A stretch of DNA of 48,957 nt from Deltaproteobacteria bacterium (GCA_027858615.1 JAQICJ010000214.1:1-48957), one strand, 5' to 3'. Counted from the stretch's first letter, positions 29,055 to 39,439 are shown. The notes: generated from the sequence alone by a model not told the origin. Made by a program: numbers and translations.

Positions 29055-30300
29055 AAATACAAACAGAGTAATAATTAATCTGGAAGCATTGTATCATAAT
29101 ATTGAAACCGTTTCCGAATGGATGAAAAATCATGACTTGGACTGGACCCTGGTTACAAAGGTTTTGTGTGGTCACAAACCGACGCTGAATGCTTTGATCA
29201 GGCTGGGAATCAAGTCGGTGGGGGATTCGCGAATTCAGAATCTTGAGGATCTTTACGAGATCAACAAGGATATCGAAACCTGGTATCTTCGTATTCCTTC
29301 CTTGTCTGAACTTGAAGATGTTGTAACCCTGGCTGATGTAAGTCTCAACACGGAGACTCAAAGTATTAAGACAATCAATGAGATTGCTGCCAAACAAAAC
29401 AAGGTACACAAAGTTATCATCATGATCGAATTGGGTGATTTGCGGGAAGGTATTCTACCTGGCAGTCTCATGGCTTTTTACAAAAAGATCTTCAATTTGA
29501 AAAATGTCAGAGTTATAGGCATCGGTACTAATTTTGGTTGTTTGGCCGGTGCTGTACCAACGGTGGATCAGTTCATGCAGTTAATTCTGTATCGGGAGTT
29601 GCTGGAATTGAAATTTGGAAAATCCCTTCCCATTATCAGTGCCGGGTCAAGTGTAGCTTTGCCGATGCTGCTTAAAAAAGAGATACCAAAAGGCATAAAC
29701 CATTTCAGAATTGGCGAATCTATTTTTCTGGGTACAGATTTGATCTCCAGCGGTAATTTGCCCGGATTGAGAGATGATTGCGTTACTCTTGAGTCAGATA
29801 TAATTGAGATTAAAGAAAAATCGCTTAATTCCGGGGCTGAAACCTCAAATACAACACCCTTTGAGTCAGAGGATGAAGAAGCAACGATCAAGCCGGGTCA
29901 ACGAGGATACAGAGCTTTGCTCAGTATTGGTCAGTTGGATACTGAAGTTTCCGGTTTGATTCCTGAAAATCCAGAGATTTCCATAGCAGGTTCTTCTAGT
30001 GATGTGACGGTAGTCAATATTGGAGATCACAGAATGGGGTTCAAAATTGGGAAGGTGATCCGGTTCAAGTTGAAATATTCCGCCATGGCCCGTTTGATGG
30101 CCAATAAATATATTGATAAAGTACTGGAGCCTTCAGTGGATGATTTCTTTAAGCAGATCAACCACATGTCTTCTGATATTGGCGGGCGCTCTGTACTGGG
30201 TTCAGATAAAAATTTGAGGGTGGTAAAAAAATCATCAACTTCCTCGGTTGAAAATTCTGTTGACAAGAAAAGTCTGGATGCAGAAGAAAAGATCGATTAG
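29044..30300 (+). CDS. PLP fold-type III alanine/ornithine racemase-like enzyme
   Basis: VTKVLCG PLP lysine, GDSRIQN, MIELGDLREGI, SAGSS, RIGES, SSD. Confidence 0.88.
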   Translation: MSVRNTNRVIINLEALYHNIETVSEWMKNHDLDWTLVTKVLCGHKPTLNALIRLGIKSVGDSRIQNLEDLYEINKDIETWYLRIPSLSELEDVVTLADVSLNTETQSIKTINEIAAKQNKVHKVIIMIELGDLREGILPGSLMAFYKKIFNLKNVRVIGIGTNFGCLAGAVPTVDQFMQLILYRELLELKFGKSLPIISAGSSVALPMLLKKEIPKGINHFRIGESIFLGTDLISSGNLPGLRDDCVTLESDIIEIKEKSLNSGAETSNTTPFESEDEEATIKPGQRGYRALLSIGQLDTEVSGLIPENPEISIAGSSSDVTVVNIGDHRMGFKIGKVIRFKLKYSAMARLMANKYIDKVLEPSVDDFFKQINHMSSDIGGRSVLGSDKNLRVVKKSSTSSVENSVDKKSLDAEEKID

Positions 30301-30408
30301 GTTAAACCAGAAAATTGCCAGTTTAAAATTCAGGATCAAGGGGACTGAAATCTATTCCACGGTGGTCATGAATATATAGCCATGGACCATAACCCCGTTA
30401 GGTTTTTT

Positions 30409-31821
30409 TTAGTGTTCTTCCAACCGATAGATTTGTGGATCTGGTTTTGGTTTGAATTCTTCGGGTTCGGGGGGAACGTATTCTTCGGGGTTTTCCGGTG
30501 GTTTTGTGCCTTTATTGATGATCATTGTGGTTGGTGGATAATGAAGCGTCCAAGTGTGGGATTTAAGTTCATATCCTTTTTTGTCTTTGTATATTGCTCT
30601 TCTGCGAACCACATAGCCTTTTTGTCCCCTTTGTTTCACTTTTAAAACACCTTTAAGCAACTTTTCATCTTTGCGATAAGTAGTTTTAAAAGGTTTTTCT
30701 GAGATTATTTTACGGATAAAGGTTATCTTATCATATGGTTTTTCCTTGCCGAGGATTTCTATCTTTACTACTCCGCCACTGACATCTGTTCTGATAACTA
30801 TGGGAAAATCATATGGATTGCGAATAACAAGGTCAACAGAGGGATAAACTACTGTAGCATCAAGCCCCAAATCTATATAATGGGAAGGTTGAGAATGTGG
30901 TTTGGCATGCAGGATATCCAAACCTGCAAAAAAAGATGCGGCAAAAAGAGTTGAAGCAATCTGGCACATTCCACCTCCCATTCCTTCAACCAGTTCTCCA
31001 AGAGCAATAATCGGAGCGACTCGGTATCCTTTTTTGGCAGTGCGTGGACCAATAACCTTGTTAAAAGAAAGGGATTTGCCCGGCAAAATAATTGAACCAG
31101 TAAGTTTGGCTCCCCCAATCCGGAGATTGTGAGCTCTGTTTTCATATTTGCCCCAAGTATAATAAGAAGTTTTATACCATCCCAATACCTTATTAAGATT
31201 GAGATTCTCCAAATCGTTATTTGATAATTTGGGTTTTTTTCTGGAATAAATCAACTTCATTTTCTTTTGATCGTGTTGAAGCATCTTCTCAAAACGCGAA
31301 ATTGAATTAGTGATATCAACTATAATCCCAGTTTTCCCTGGAATTACCTTTTTTTTGATTAAATCCAGTTTGGCACTGCGAGAGTGGCTGTCGAGTTTCT
31401 TTTTTAATTCTGAAAAAAAGGAATTTACTGCAGATCTTTCATAGGAGATGGGAGTTATAAACTTGAAAAGATTGCGACTTGCGGTTTTTTGCAAATAAAG
31501 ACGGCCCCAGAAAAAATCATGGTTGCTTAACAATTGTTTCAAGGCATCCAAAACCTGTTTATTTTCAAAATGGATTCCGGTTTTTTTTGAAGAAATTGAA
31601 AAGATTTGATCTTCAAATTGAATTTTGTATTCGAATTCTTTTTGGGAATTCTTATTGGCAAGTTTTTTTGCCAGTTCATCCAAAGATATTCGTTTCAGAA
31701 TTAAATCATCAATCTGGATTCCGGCGGGCACTTGTGCAAGTTGGTGATTTCTGATTGTCCAACAGGTAATACTGATAGATACCAGAGCCAGAATAACAAG
31801 AATAATTGTCTGTTTTTTCAT
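30409..31821 (-). CDS. VanW-domain protein (YoaR-like) with G5-like C-terminus
   Basis: RAHNL, SFNKVIGPRT..GY, GGGMCQIASTLF, HS, GLDATV. Confidence 0.9.
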   Translation of the reverse strand: MKKQTIILVILALVSISITCWTIRNHQLAQVPAGIQIDDLILKRISLDELAKKLANKNSQKEFEYKIQFEDQIFSISSKKTGIHFENKQVLDALKQLLSNHDFFWGRLYLQKTASRNLFKFITPISYERSAVNSFFSELKKKLDSHSRSAKLDLIKKKVIPGKTGIIVDITNSISRFEKMLQHDQKKMKLIYSRKKPKLSNNDLENLNLNKVLGWYKTSYYTWGKYENRAHNLRIGGAKLTGSIILPGKSLSFNKVIGPRTAKKGYRVAPIIALGELVEGMGGGMCQIASTLFAASFFAGLDILHAKPHSQPSHYIDLGLDATVVYPSVDLVIRNPYDFPIVIRTDVSGGVVKIEILGKEKPYDKITFIRKIISEKPFKTTYRKDEKLLKGVLKVKQRGQKGYVVRRRAIYKDKKGYELKSHTWTLHYPPTTMIINKGTKPPENPEEYVPPEPEEFKPKPDPQIYRLEEH

Positions 31822-31853
31822 AAATATTTACTTGGTTTGCGTTTAAAATGGAA

Positions 31854-32396
31854 CTACCTGATTGATATTATTGTTTTGCGTGGATTCCCCTCAAAAAAAG
31901 ACAGACCTGATAATTTGCTCTGCAAACACTTTTTTAATTCAGGTTTGAACTTGCTGTCCGGCGGGATAAAAGCCTTGCCCTGCTTATTGATTATTACAGA
32001 TATTTTTTTGTTTTTAATGCCAGAACATTCCCTCAAGACTGATTTAACACTGTCTTTTTCAGTCTTGGAAAAACCAGCATAACTAAATTCCTTCTTAATA
32101 TTTTTAAGAGTTGATTTTTTCTGAGAAAGTTCCCCTCGGGATTCTTCGTTTTTCAATTTTCGCAGAATTCTGGCCTGATTTTCCGGTCGCTCCTCAACTG
32201 TTTCAATTTTTTGCTCAGTTCGTTTTTCTCTCTCGGAAATAATTCGGTTTCTTTCTTCTATGGACAAATCATCTGAAAACTTTTCAGAATTCTGCCCCCC
32301 TGGGATTGAGTCTGTCTTTTCGGCACTGTCGTTTTGGGAATTGTTACTGCAAGAACAGATAATAATTCCAAAACTGAGAAGAATTAAGAACTTCAT
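31854..32396 (-). CDS. Hypothetical lipoprotein
   Basis: Lipobox-like IICSC; co-oriented with neighbours. Confidence 0.72.
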   Translation of the reverse strand: MKFLILLSFGIIICSCSNNSQNDSAEKTDSIPGGQNSEKFSDDLSIEERNRIISEREKRTEQKIETVEERPENQARILRKLKNEESRGELSQKKSTLKNIKKEFSYAGFSKTEKDSVKSVLRECSGIKNKKISVIINKQGKAFIPPDSKFKPELKKCLQSKLSGLSFFEGNPRKTIISIR

Positions 32397-32487
32397 AAAA
32401 TAAATTCCTTGATAATGGGTTAAAACAAAAAGGATAATACTAATTCCAGACAGCAGAATATTACTTTCTTTTTGAAATAAAAACGCC

Positions 32488-33180
32488 TTATAAAACAGAG
32501 TTGATAACAGATTTGACCTTGCTTATAACCGTGTCCAGCTCCTGCTTGGTTTTGCCTGCAGTTTGAACAGGGGGATGGACTGTAACATTAACATCAAAAT
32601 CGGCTAATTTCCATTCGCCTTTTTTCATTAATTTATAGGAATTGTCCAAGGTTAAAGGAATAATTGGAACTTGTGCTTCCAGAGCCAAGTGAAAAACTCC
32701 CTTTTTAAATCTTTTTAATTCCCGCTTGCCACTGCGGGTTCCTTCTGGAAATGCCACAATGTTTTTGCCTCTGCGAATAATTTTGGCAGCCTTTTTCAAT
32801 GATTTAATGGCATTTTGACGTTGGTGTCGATTAATTGAGATATGGCCGCTTTCTCGCAGATAACTTCCAACTATGGGCATTGAATTCAGTTCTTTCTTAT
32901 AAATCCAGTAAAATTCCACCGGAACTGCTGCTGCCATGATAATTATGTCAATGTTGCTCTGATGGTTGGCCAGTATTATCTGAGGATTTTTGTAATCAAT
33001 ATGTTCAAGTCCGGTAATTTTTACTGAAATACCCAGAATTTCCAAGCATTTCTGTGACCACTCCACCATTGATTCATGAGGATTTTGACCAAATATCTTA
33101 TATTTGAATAATCCATGGTTGATGGTGGTGGCCATAAACTTCCCATATTTTTTCAAATCTTTAAGGAAATATTTATCCAT
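32488..33180 (-). CDS. plsC: 1-acyl-sn-glycerol-3-phosphate acyltransferase
   Basis: NHQSNID, FPEGTRS, FKKG, PIIP. Confidence 0.93.
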   Translation of the reverse strand: MDKYFLKDLKKYGKFMATTINHGLFKYKIFGQNPHESMVEWSQKCLEILGISVKITGLEHIDYKNPQIILANHQSNIDIIIMAAAVPVEFYWIYKKELNSMPIVGSYLRESGHISINRHQRQNAIKSLKKAAKIIRRGKNIVAFPEGTRSGKRELKRFKKGVFHLALEAQVPIIPLTLDNSYKLMKKGEWKLADFDVNVTVHPPVQTAGKTKQELDTVISKVKSVINSVL

Positions 33181-33186
33181 AATTTC

Positions 33187-33350
33187 TAATTTCTCCTTAT
33201 CAGAATGGGAGTTGCTGGCTGAGTTTGAAATTGATTAAAATACAGAAAAAAAACCATAGACATAATTGCTACTGTTTTCAAAGGTTACAACAAAACAGTT
33301 AAATTCAGATTTTGCTTACAGATGGTGTTCTCCTTTTTGAAACGGGAACT
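33187..33350 (+). mobile_element. Eroded near-full-length MITE copy
   Basis: CAGAATGGG...GACATAATTGCTACTG..TTCAAAGGTTACAACAAAACAG...TCCTTTTTGAAACGGGAACT is colinear with copy 2. Confidence 0.75.
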
Positions 33351-33384
33351 CCTTATTGAATCTTATGGTAAAAAGATACTAAAA

Positions 33385-34044
33385 TCAAAAAGAAGTTATA
33401 TACCACCTTTTGCCCCAATTGATCATCTGGTTTATTTGAAGATATTTACGATTTCCCTGTTGATGATAATATACCCTGTTATTGAGACAACGCCAATATC
33501 CAAGTTGATTCCAACTGTTTTCAGGTTTAACCCAACTACATTTTCCCAAAACAATGGATTCGAAGGTCGCTTCCTTGAACTTGTCATTCTTGCAGGCAGT
33601 TCTTAATTTACGATAGATCCTTGTTTTTTTGCCCCTGACCATGGCATTGATTATTCTCTTTTCCTTGGCAGCCGAGGACATGTGCATTTTCCTCAACTTG
33701 CTCATAACTTTGAAATTAATTAAAAAAGGTTCAGCCTCTTTTACCTTTTGAGCCGCCAAAGCTTCAACCAGTTGGCGGGCAGCTTCTTCTGTATCAACAT
33801 CTGGAAGGGGAGCAAATCTGGATTCATGAAGGTTTTGCCTGGGAATCGTTTTTGTTTTTGCTTCCGTTCTTTTATTGCCTGTGGATTTCTGCTTTAAAGC
33901 CCGGCTAAACTCTCCTGGTTTCTGACCAATAACTCCATTTAAATTTCCCTGGTCAATCTCCTGCTTGCAAGCTGCCATCCCTGACATGAGCATTACCCAA
34001 CAAAACAAATACAAAACAAATTTCAAATTTAAACTCCTTGACAA
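33385..34044 (-). CDS. Hypothetical lipoprotein
   Basis: Lipobox MAAC; C-terminal CSWV..WN..GYWRC motif; start uncertain. Confidence 0.72.
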   Translation of the reverse strand: MSRSLNLKFVLYLFCWVMLMSGMAACKQEIDQGNLNGVIGQKPGEFSRALKQKSTGNKRTEAKTKTIPRQNLHESRFAPLPDVDTEEAARQLVEALAAQKVKEAEPFLINFKVMSKLRKMHMSSAAKEKRIINAMVRGKKTRIYRKLRTACKNDKFKEATFESIVLGKCSWVKPENSWNQLGYWRCLNNRVYYHQQGNRKYLQINQMINWGKRWYITSF

Positions 34045-34073
34045 CTGAAGACAAATTTCTGGGTTACTTAGTT

Positions 34074-35618
34074 TTATTTTACTTCAACTTCAAGACTTCC
34101 TTCAGCCAGCCGGACATTTAACTGATCACCGCCAGTTGCCTCTTTGCTTTTCAACAAAATTTTTCCCTTCTTGTCGGTGACCAGAGCGTATCCCCTTTTG
34201 AGAACTGAATCAGGACTCAGAGCTGCCAGGGTGAACCTGTGAAGTTTTAATTTTTCCCGGTTGGAACCAAGCACGGTCTCCATTTCTTCCACCATTCTTC
34301 TTTTCAGATCTTCCAATTTTCTGTCTCCGGTGGTAATTACTTTTTCCACGTTGTACTGCAGTAATTTATCCCTGAAATAATTGAATTCGGTTTTTTTCTG
34401 ATTTAATAAATTTACAAAAGATCTCTGAAGTTGATTGTTGAGATAGTCCAATTCTCTGTATTTTTTATTGAGAATCAATTCCGGATCGTGGATCTGGCTT
34501 TTGAGCAATTGTAATCTTCTTTGTCTGGTGTCCAAATTATTTCTCATCAGATGCAGGAGCTGCTGCTTTAAACCTGTAACCTGCTGTTTTAAATATATTT
34601 TTTCTTTAAAAACATGTTCTGCCGCTTCTGTTGGTGTAGCCAATCTCAAATCTGCCGCATGATCAGTCAAAACCGTATCTGTTTCGTGTCCTATAGCTGA
34701 AATAATAGGGGTTTTGCAAGAAAAAACCGCCCGTACAACCTTTTCGTTGTTAAAGCAGAACAGATCTTCAAAAGAACCTCCTCCTCGGGTAACAACAATC
34801 AGATCCACCTTTTTCATTTTATCCAGGCGGGCAATGGCTTTTCTTATCTGATCAGGAGCCTTCTCTCCCTGAACTATGGCAGGAGAAATAATCAATGAGG
34901 AGGAAAATCTTTGTCTGGCTATTTTGATGAAATCCCGCAAAGCAGCACCTTCAGGTGAGGTTACCACTCCAACATTTTTGGGAAAATCAGGGATTGGTTT
35001 CTTGTGCTCCTTATTAAACAAGCCTTCTTTTCTCAACTTGTTAGTTAATATCTCAAGTGCCTGTGCCAAGGAACCTCGACCAGCCCTCTCCATCAGATTG
35101 ACATTCAAGGAGAGACTGCCGGTGGGTTCGTAAATTCTGAGATATCCCCTAACTCTCACCTGAATTCCATCTTCTGGTTCAAAAGTCGCTCTGAAACTGT
35201 TGCGGAAAGAAATACACCGGATTAAATTATCGTTTTCTTTGAGGGAATAATAGTAGATTCCCCGTCGTCTGGCAACATTGATCAATTCCCCTTCTATCCA
35301 CAGAGTTCTAAAATTTTCTTTTATGACTTGGTTTAATCCAGACAAAACCTCACTGACTTTCCAGATTTTTTTTGTTTCCTCAGGTTTCCGGGAATCCTTT
35401 TGCTCGGATATTTTAGGGGAGTTTGTCGATTTCTTTTCAGGTGAGGGGGTTTTGTTTTTTATGGAATATTTGGGGGAAGCAGGCTGTTTATCAACATCGG
35501 AAATGGAAGAACTGTCAGATTGTTGATTTTCCGATATCATTCCAGCCAGATTGCTGAAAAGATCTCGAGATTTCAAACTTTTTCCTTTTTTACTTTCTCG
35601 TTCTTTTTTTTTGGTCAT
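34074..35618 (-). CDS. xseA: Exodeoxyribonuclease VII large subunit with ~80-aa N-terminal extension
   Basis: VGVVTSPEGAALRD, RGGGSFEDL, SAIGHETD, ATPTEAAE, LKRGYA. Confidence 0.96.
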   Translation of the reverse strand: MTKKKERESKKGKSLKSRDLFSNLAGMISENQQSDSSSISDVDKQPASPKYSIKNKTPSPEKKSTNSPKISEQKDSRKPEETKKIWKVSEVLSGLNQVIKENFRTLWIEGELINVARRRGIYYYSLKENDNLIRCISFRNSFRATFEPEDGIQVRVRGYLRIYEPTGSLSLNVNLMERAGRGSLAQALEILTNKLRKEGLFNKEHKKPIPDFPKNVGVVTSPEGAALRDFIKIARQRFSSSLIISPAIVQGEKAPDQIRKAIARLDKMKKVDLIVVTRGGGSFEDLFCFNNEKVVRAVFSCKTPIISAIGHETDTVLTDHAADLRLATPTEAAEHVFKEKIYLKQQVTGLKQQLLHLMRNNLDTRQRRLQLLKSQIHDPELILNKKYRELDYLNNQLQRSFVNLLNQKKTEFNYFRDKLLQYNVEKVITTGDRKLEDLKRRMVEEMETVLGSNREKLKLHRFTLAALSPDSVLKRGYALVTDKKGKILLKSKEATGGDQLNVRLAEGSLEVEVK

Positions 35619-35628
35619 AATTTGAATT

Positions 35629-36411
35629 TTAATCTGGGCAGATTAAACGACGAATTTCCATGTTTGGGGGAATATTTTGACCAAAAGCGGCTGGGGACAT
35701 CTCCACATTTGGCTCTATCGAGGACCAGAAAAAAACAGTGTCTTCATTTTTGCCTTTTTTAGTGATTCTTATTCTGGTGGGAACCCATTTCCCGAGTATT
35801 TTTTTGTGGCCTCTGTATTCAACCTTGATCTTTTTGGAACCGTCTTCCAGATACAACTTGACTACCTTCCAATGCTTTTTGCCTTTGTAACCCAGAATAT
35901 GAATTTTGACCCGGGTTTTACCTTTGACAGCCTTGATGATTTCATGGCCATTGTCGCTATCCCAGGTTAAATCTTTGGTGCTCAGACCTTCAGGGGGAAG
36001 TCCCAGCATGATCCGATAGAGCAATTTTGGATGAAGAGGAATTCCCATAATCGACTTGATTGCGCAAGTATCAGCTTTTCCCGTATAAAATTTGTTATTG
36101 CGCTGATCATTGGCTCTGAAACTCGAGCCATCCGAGGTGAGCAAAAGAACGGAAGAATTCATGGGTGGGGGTATCACAGCATCAAATCTGAGTCTGCCGT
36201 GTTTATCAGCTATCAAAAACACTTTGACCTTAAGACGTCCTCCCGGCAGCATAGCATCTACCTTACCTTTATTCCTCACCAGATTGATGGGATTATTGCT
36301 TACCACATCCATCAGTTTGTTTGACGTCGGTTTTGTATAAGGTCTTTTGTAATTGGCGCAACTTGCTAGAATAATAGAGCAAATTAACAAAACAGATGAT
36401 GGATATTTCAA
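35629..36411 (-). CDS. Lipoprotein, possibly LolB/DUF4292-like fold
   Basis: Lipobox LASC; beta-rich RLRFD...LLTSDG...VPTRIRI. Confidence 0.6.
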   Translation of the reverse strand: MKYPSSVLLICSIILASCANYKRPYTKPTSNKLMDVVSNNPINLVRNKGKVDAMLPGGRLKVKVFLIADKHGRLRFDAVIPPPMNSSVLLLTSDGSSFRANDQRNNKFYTGKADTCAIKSIMGIPLHPKLLYRIMLGLPPEGLSTKDLTWDSDNGHEIIKAVKGKTRVKIHILGYKGKKHWKVVKLYLEDGSKKIKVEYRGHKKILGKWVPTRIRITKKGKNEDTVFFWSSIEPNVEMSPAAFGQNIPPNMEIRRLICPD

Positions 36412-36592
36412 AATAGATCCTTAATCCCTAAAAACGGGGATAAAACCCTAATGCTATTTTTTACAGTTAATATTTCCATGCTGATGGTCCAACTAGTATG
36501 AAAAACATCTGTGTCCGCAAATACCTGCAAAGAAATTTACAATGAAACTTGTGCTGATTTTGCAGATAAAATAATTTTATGCCAAATTTTGG

Positions 36593-37390
36593 CTATATCT
36601 TATCTTTTTTCAACTGCAACAATTTCTTTTCGATACTGTCAAGATACATGAAAATTGTTTTTGAAAGAAAATTAACCATTTGAATATCATTGTCATGAGT
36701 AAGATCCATGTCGATATTATCGTAGTATTGTTGTCTTTCAACAGCAGGAATCATAGCCGGCGGGTAGTTTTTATAGGTCAGAATCATATTCATGACCAAC
36801 CTGGCCAGGGAGCCTGAATTGTTAGGCCAGGGAAAAATAGACATCAATTTGTTATGAATGGAGGCAGCCATCATTAATGCCGGCATTTTACGAAAAGTTG
36901 AAGATTGCAACCAGTCACCTAGTTTTCTCATTTTGTAGGGGATCTTCTCAGGTTGGGAAAAATCATGTGCATATTGCCTGTGCAGAGGAATCTCCTTGCG
37001 ATATACCAGATCTTTGTTGCTTTCAGAAACAGTGATTATATTATGCAATTGTTTGATTGTGTTGTTGGTAAGAGTCAGTCGTTTTTTTCTGCCGGCTTTT
37101 CTGACTTTTTGAATCCCCTTGTAAAAAGCTTGGACATCAAAATAGTTGGGGATAAGATCGGAATTGCTGATAATCCGATCATCAAGGGCTGATTTTATTT
37201 CAAGATGGTTCAAGACTACGCCTTCAATGGCAAACTCGTGGTAACACCAAGTTATATCAACAAAATTGTCCAGTATCTTTTTTTTATGGGAACTGAGGGA
37301 TTTTACTATCTCGTTGTGTTCTTCAATTCTTCTCTCAAGCCTTCTTATTTCGCTCTGTTCAAGCAAACTGGGATATGTTTTTTTGGCCAT
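36593..37390 (-). CDS. Fic family protein with a degenerate catalytic motif
   Basis: AIEG, IKQLH, YRK, IFPWPNNSGSLAR, RQQYY; AAGGAG before ATG 37390. Confidence 0.85.
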   Translation of the reverse strand: MAKKTYPSLLEQSEIRRLERRIEEHNEIVKSLSSHKKKILDNFVDITWCYHEFAIEGVVLNHLEIKSALDDRIISNSDLIPNYFDVQAFYKGIQKVRKAGRKKRLTLTNNTIKQLHNIITVSESNKDLVYRKEIPLHRQYAHDFSQPEKIPYKMRKLGDWLQSSTFRKMPALMMAASIHNKLMSIFPWPNNSGSLARLVMNMILTYKNYPPAMIPAVERQQYYDNIDMDLTHDNDIQMVNFLSKTIFMYLDSIEKKLLQLKKDKI

Positions 37391-37489
37391 ATTTCTCCTT
37401 GATACCAACTGATCAATTAAAATCCAGACGGATTGTTACAATAAAAAAATAAAAAACGGGAACCGAGTATAGGAAAAAAGTAATATTTA

Positions 37490-39439
37490 TCAAGAAAAAT
37501 CAGGAAAACAACTCATTTCATTTACAAATTTTACGAATTGAGAATAACAATAAAAACCGTCATCCAAAAATAAATTACAATTATTGTCTACTCCATTACA
37601 TTGCTCTTCAGCTCCGGGGTAAACCTGCTCATCATTATCATCACAATCAACTGAAAACTCAAATCCATCACCGTCATTATCTGTAGCAGTGTTGATATTG
37701 CCTCGATAGATGATTGCATCAAGAGCAAAAAGAGAGTCTGGTTCTCCTTCGGATAAAATATTCATGATTTTTATGAATCTGAAATTTTCAAAGGATAAAT
37801 CAGGGAGCTGGATTATTTCATTTGCTTGATACACTCCAAGATCATGCCATTGTTCTTTCCTGCTGGATCTGACAAAAACTTGATATTGGCTTGCCGAAGA
37901 AAAGTTGACAATCTCAATTTGTGAATTTTCCCCGGTAAGAAGAGGAAATCCAAAATCATATTCAACAAATCCTCCAGGAAGTAGATTGAAATAAATTCCG
38001 TCAGGTTGACCCAATCCATCTGCAGCCCAATTCTCCTCTTCGAAAACCTCATAGGGATTATTATCACCAAAAGCTACCAGTTTCAAGGGAGTTAATTCCA
38101 CAGTGCCGTCAGCAGCCGGAAGCTGGGGAGTGAGGGCAAAAACAATATTTTCACTTTCCAGAGGAGAAAAATTATCAACAACTTCCAGTTGGTAACCGGG
38201 TGAATAAACTTGCAATTCCAAGTCTCCCTCGGGAAAAATACGACAGAACCAGCCTGAATCATTGGTGTAAAAAGAGCGGGGATAATTGGTCAACTGCAAT
38301 CTTGCAGTCAGGGGGGTTTGAGCTTGATCAACAACCTGACCGCATTTGACCAGAGGCTCAACTCCGTCAAGCAATCTGAACAGGGCTGCAACATTTTCCT
38401 GAATCAGATCTTCGTAAGGTTGAGGTTGCAAATTTTCCAGGGTATAGGCGAAGGTGCCCAAAAAAGCATAAAGAGCATCCTGAGCGGATCCCCTGGCCTG
38501 ATACCAGTCAAACCCGATAATAAGTTCCAGATCTGCACATTGAGCATATATTGAACCGAGTTCCAGAATGAGTTCTTCATCTGCACTGGGGAAAGGGGTG
38601 TAATCGTAAACACAATTTACATATTCGGCTACACTGTGATAATCAAGAGATAAAATCGCCGGATACTTGTTTGCTAGTCTCCACAGAATCCGCACTTCCC
38701 TGGAAGTATAGGGATAATTGCTCTGTCCGCTACTGAAACCGGCCCCATATTGTCGGTTAAGATCGATACCACTGTTGTTGTAACGGGTATTGTTGTCATA
38801 ACCTTCCGGATTAACCACAGGGAGAAACAAAAAGGTAAATTTATTCAGATAATCAGCATGTTCAGGTTGCAACAATGCTTTAATCTGAGCCAGAACCACT
38901 TGGGATGAGATTACTTCATCTCCATGATGGGCTCCGGTTATTCTAATTACAGGCTTACCCGAAAACAAATCTCCAAGAATAAAAAGATAAACCGGGTAGT
39001 TATCATCTGTAAAACCAAGCAGATACAAATTGAGATCACTGTTTTGATGTTGATGGTATAATTGAGCAATCTCCTGTTTCATGAGAGGCCAGTCCGGATA
39101 GGATTGATAATCAGATTTAAAAATCAGGTCCGAATTGGGATAAAATTCAAAACCAAGAGCTTCGATCTCGTCGAGTTTTTCCAGAGGAAAAGAAACGAGT
39201 AAATAGTCCTCCTCGGGTTTGATTACAGCTGAATATTTACGATTGAAAAACCTCAACTTGTTTTTATATCTGCTTTGCTGCCACCATTTTCCAGAATCAA
39301 CTGCCACCGGTCTGATATATCCTTGCATCTGAATCCGGCTCTGGGCACCTGCTTCATTGATACCGCAAAAAACCAGAACCAGCAGTAAAAACAGTATTGC
39401 AAATAACAGACAACGGGGAAACCAATATTTCTCAATCAT
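37490..39439 (-). CDS. Secreted M14 zinc carboxypeptidase with C-terminal DxDGDG/DCDD metal-binding-like repeat
   Basis: HHGDE, NPEG, RYNNSGIDLNR, LDYHS; DNDGDG..DCDD...YPGAEEQCNGVDNNC; ATGA overlap suggests start 39439. Confidence 0.88.
   Translation of the reverse strand: MIEKYWFPRCLLFAILFLLLVLVFCGINEAGAQSRIQMQGYIRPVAVDSGKWWQQSRYKNKLRFFNRKYSAVIKPEEDYLLVSFPLEKLDEIEALGFEFYPNSDLIFKSDYQSYPDWPLMKQEIAQLYHQHQNSDLNLYLLGFTDDNYPVYLFILGDLFSGKPVIRITGAHHGDEVISSQVVLAQIKALLQPEHADYLNKFTFLFLPVVNPEGYDNNTRYNNSGIDLNRQYGAGFSSGQSNYPYTSREVRILWRLANKYPAILSLDYHSVAEYVNCVYDYTPFPSADEELILELGSIYAQCADLELIIGFDWYQARGSAQDALYAFLGTFAYTLENLQPQPYEDLIQENVAALFRLLDGVEPLVKCGQVVDQAQTPLTARLQLTNYPRSFYTNDSGWFCRIFPEGDLELQVYSPGYQLEVVDNFSPLESENIVFALTPQLPAADGTVELTPLKLVAFGDNNPYEVFEEENWAADGLGQPDGIYFNLLPGGFVEYDFGFPLLTGENSQIEIVNFSSASQYQVFVRSSRKEQWHDLGVYQANEIIQLPDLSFENFRFIKIMNILSEGEPDSLFALDAIIYRGNINTATDNDGDGFEFSVDCDDNDEQVYPGAEEQCNGVDNNCNLFLDDGFYCYSQFVKFVNEMSCFPDFS

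Noticed and set aside
30391-30410. Intrinsic terminator AACC-loop-GGTT followed by a T tract
   Set aside because: A 4-bp stem is too weak to call
37410-37500. Frameshifted C-terminal membrane anchor for the carboxypeptidase
   Set aside because: T-rich spacer translates as hydrophobic in every frame; no sorting motif
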